Of a DNA stretch of 64,000 nt, positions 62,685 through 64,000 are shown in pieces. Every line of letters starts with the position of its first letter. The first letter of the stretch is position 1. The translations under genes were made by a program, and so were the position numbers. Location of the stretch: IMG/VR virus record IMGVR_UViG_3300049595_005065; one strand, written 5' to 3'. The notes beneath the pieces are model-generated. The model did not search any database and had not been told where the DNA came from. It saw only the letters and a list, made by a program, of their open reading frames with translations. The DNA comes from a virus. Its lineage: Duplodnaviria > Caudoviricetes.

Positions 62685-63246
62685 CAAGATCTACGCCGAG
62701 GCTTCCGCGGCCGAGAAGCGCGTGCTGATCGCCAAAGACGTAATCGCTCAGCTCAAAGACAATCGAATCGTCGCCGAGTCGGGCACCTGGACGCGCATCG
62801 ACCTCAAGCGCGGCGCCAAGGATGTTGTGTACGGAGAGCAGGACGCGTTTCAGAAGACGTTCCTGACCACGCCGGAAATGTCGTGCAACTGCTGCGCGGT
62901 CGGTTCGCTGTTTATCGGCTGCACGCTCTACGCCAACAAGCTCACCAACGACGATGTTGACGACAACTGGCAGCTGGGCGACGACATTATTACCCGAAAG
63001 CGGTTCGCCAACGGCTTCAACAAGCTCTTCTCAGCGAAGCAGCTGGGCCTGATCGAGACGGCATTCGAAGGCTGCACGGAGTTCTTCACGGACGACGATG
63101 CCGTGGGCTACATGGCTCCGCCGGTGTCCGACGAAGAGCTGAATAGCGCTCTTATTGGCTACTACAACAAGTTCGCGTCGCCCAAGGCGCGGCTGGTCGC
63201 GATTATGGAAAACATCATCGCAAACGAAGGGGCGTTCAAGCCGTGA
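62569..63246 (+). CDS. hypothetical protein with K/A-rich N-terminus
   Basis: MATKKKTKRAAAK...; CNCCAVG motif. Confidence 0.75.
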   Translation: MATKKKTKRAAAKTAAPPKKRLTKAQKLAEARREIARRNKIYAEASAAEKRVLIAKDVIAQLKDNRIVAESGTWTRIDLKRGAKDVVYGEQDAFQKTFLTTPEMSCNCCAVGSLFIGCTLYANKLTNDDVDDNWQLGDDIITRKRFANGFNKLFSAKQLGLIETAFEGCTEFFTDDDAVGYMAPPVSDEELNSALIGYYNKFASPKARLVAIMENIIANEGAFKP

Positions 63247-63509
63247 GCAAGAACCAAAACAACAACAGTTGGAGCGGCGTCGCGATTGTCTTGTTCGTCA
63301 TCGCGCTGGTGCTGACGTTTGTGCAGTCGCTTTTTGACAAGTCGCCCAGCAGTAGCTCGAGCTACACTCCGCCGCGTGACAACTCGTTTGAGCGGCGGTA
63401 CGTCGAGGAGCGATTCAAGCAGGAGGGCTACAGCCGCAGCGAGTCCGCCCAGGCGGCCGACGCGATCCTGAAGTTCCAGCAGGCGCAGGAAGCGCGGCGC
63501 AACCGGTAA
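63243..63509 (+). CDS. single-TM membrane protein
   Basis: GTGA overlap; N-terminal hydrophobic helix. Confidence 0.65.
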   Translation: MSKNQNNNSWSGVAIVLFVIALVLTFVQSLFDKSPSSSSSYTPPRDNSFERRYVEERFKQEGYSRSESAQAADAILKFQQAQEARRNR

Positions 63510-63523
63510 CAGTCACAGGTGAT

Positions 63524-63596
63524 TGCCCAGTAGCTCAGTTGGTAGAGCTGGCGACTGTTAATCGCCCTGTCCCAGGTTCGAGTCCTGGCTGGGCAG
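63524..63596 (+). tRNA. tRNA-Asn(GTT), CCA not encoded
   Basis: Full cloverleaf: TGCCCAG/CTGGGCA, GGCGA-CTGTTAA-TCGCC, CCAGG-TTCGAGT-CCTGG, G73. Confidence 0.92.
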
Positions 63597-63615
63597 TTCA
63601 CCTGGCTAACAGATG

Positions 63616-63686
63616 AGCCCAGTAGCTCAGTGGCAGAGTCCGATATTGTATGTCGGAGGACCCAGGTTCGATTCCTGGCTGGGCGC
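63616..63686 (+). tRNA. atypical tRNA, anticodon TGT (Thr-like), possibly a pseudo-tRNA
   Basis: Acceptor and T arms nearly identical to tRNA-Asn; CCGAT-ATTGTAT-GTCGG; A1.G72 mismatch, A32, no nt 26. Confidence 0.6.
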
Positions 63687-63714
63687 ACCTTGTTTACCCC
63701 AAGGAAAGATATCT

Positions 63715-64000
63715 ATGAGTCCTGAACTTGAAGAAAAACTGGTCACGGATTTCTCGGAGCTGTTTCACCGCATCCGGACTCACCCCACAACAAATACGCG
63801 TTACTACGGCTGCGAAACGGGCGACGGCTGGTTTCAGCTTGTCTACCAGCTGTGCGACACAATCTCCAGCTACGTGAAGCACGAGAAGGAGCAGGGCCGA
63901 GACGTCGCGGTTAAGGTTTTGCAGGTCAAGGAGAAGTTCGGCGGCCTGCGGTTCTACATCGAGGGTGGCGACGATTTTGTGCGCGGCGCCATCGAGCTGG
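63715..64000 (+). CDS. conserved phage hypothetical protein (3' truncated by window)
   Basis: CETGDGWFQLV...VLQVKEKFGGLRFY. Confidence 0.8.
   Translation, partial: MSPELEEKLVTDFSELFHRIRTHPTTNTRYYGCETGDGWFQLVYQLCDTISSYVKHEKEQGRDVAVKVLQVKEKFGGLRFYIEGGDDFVRGAIEL

Larger units (their letters stand above)
2137..63716. repeat. dispersed palindromic 12-mer WWWGATATCWWW, at least 18 copies
   Basis: Starts at 2137, 2607, 8207, 11530, 21213, 26385, 30137, 32883, 34153, 35762, 39754, 45628, 51961, 53780, 56212, 58469, 60646 and 63705. Confidence 0.9.

Noticed and set aside
2137-63716. GATATC motif explained as an EcoRV-type restriction site
   Set aside because: Restriction drives avoidance, not enrichment, and would not explain the strict A/T flanks; a methylation-linked role is not excluded.

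Overview
This window is a segment of a large tailed dsDNA phage (or prophage) genome, GC-rich by eye and very densely coded. Inference: contractile tail, probably a Planctomycetota host. 1-23.5 kb (+): C-terminus of a sigma70-like factor; baseplate genes (gp25-like, J-like, wedge); five paralogous Cys-rich structural genes; a 59-aa-repeat/collagen fibre; Cys- and Ser-rich tail-tip-like proteins; a GT9+GT-A glycosyltransferase fusion. 23.5-41.5 kb: CsrA, a DUF6582-like protein, a degenerate primase-like protein, a DNA glycosylase with an ATT start, a DEDDh exonuclease, a gpA-type terminase large subunit, a DUF5664 diphosphohydrolase, and a tyrosine integrase with a divergent Xis-like HTH. 41.5-64 kb: small accessory ORFs, a DUF1257/DUF2997/Ycf46-AAA module, hldD, a ParB-like protein, tRNA-Asn and an atypical tRNA(TGT). 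The most unusual signals are non-coding: (1) a palindrome, WWWGATATCWWW, in at least 18 dispersed copies, inside genes in all three frames; (2) four intergenic hairpins that share a T-GTGT-A loop; (3) two consensus CsrA sites over the RBS of a tail gene, in a phage that encodes CsrA; (4) divergent genes whose start codons overlap in CATG. There is also a possible ADP-heptose glycosylation system for Ser-rich virion proteins. Family calls come from motif recognition by eye; no database searches were run.
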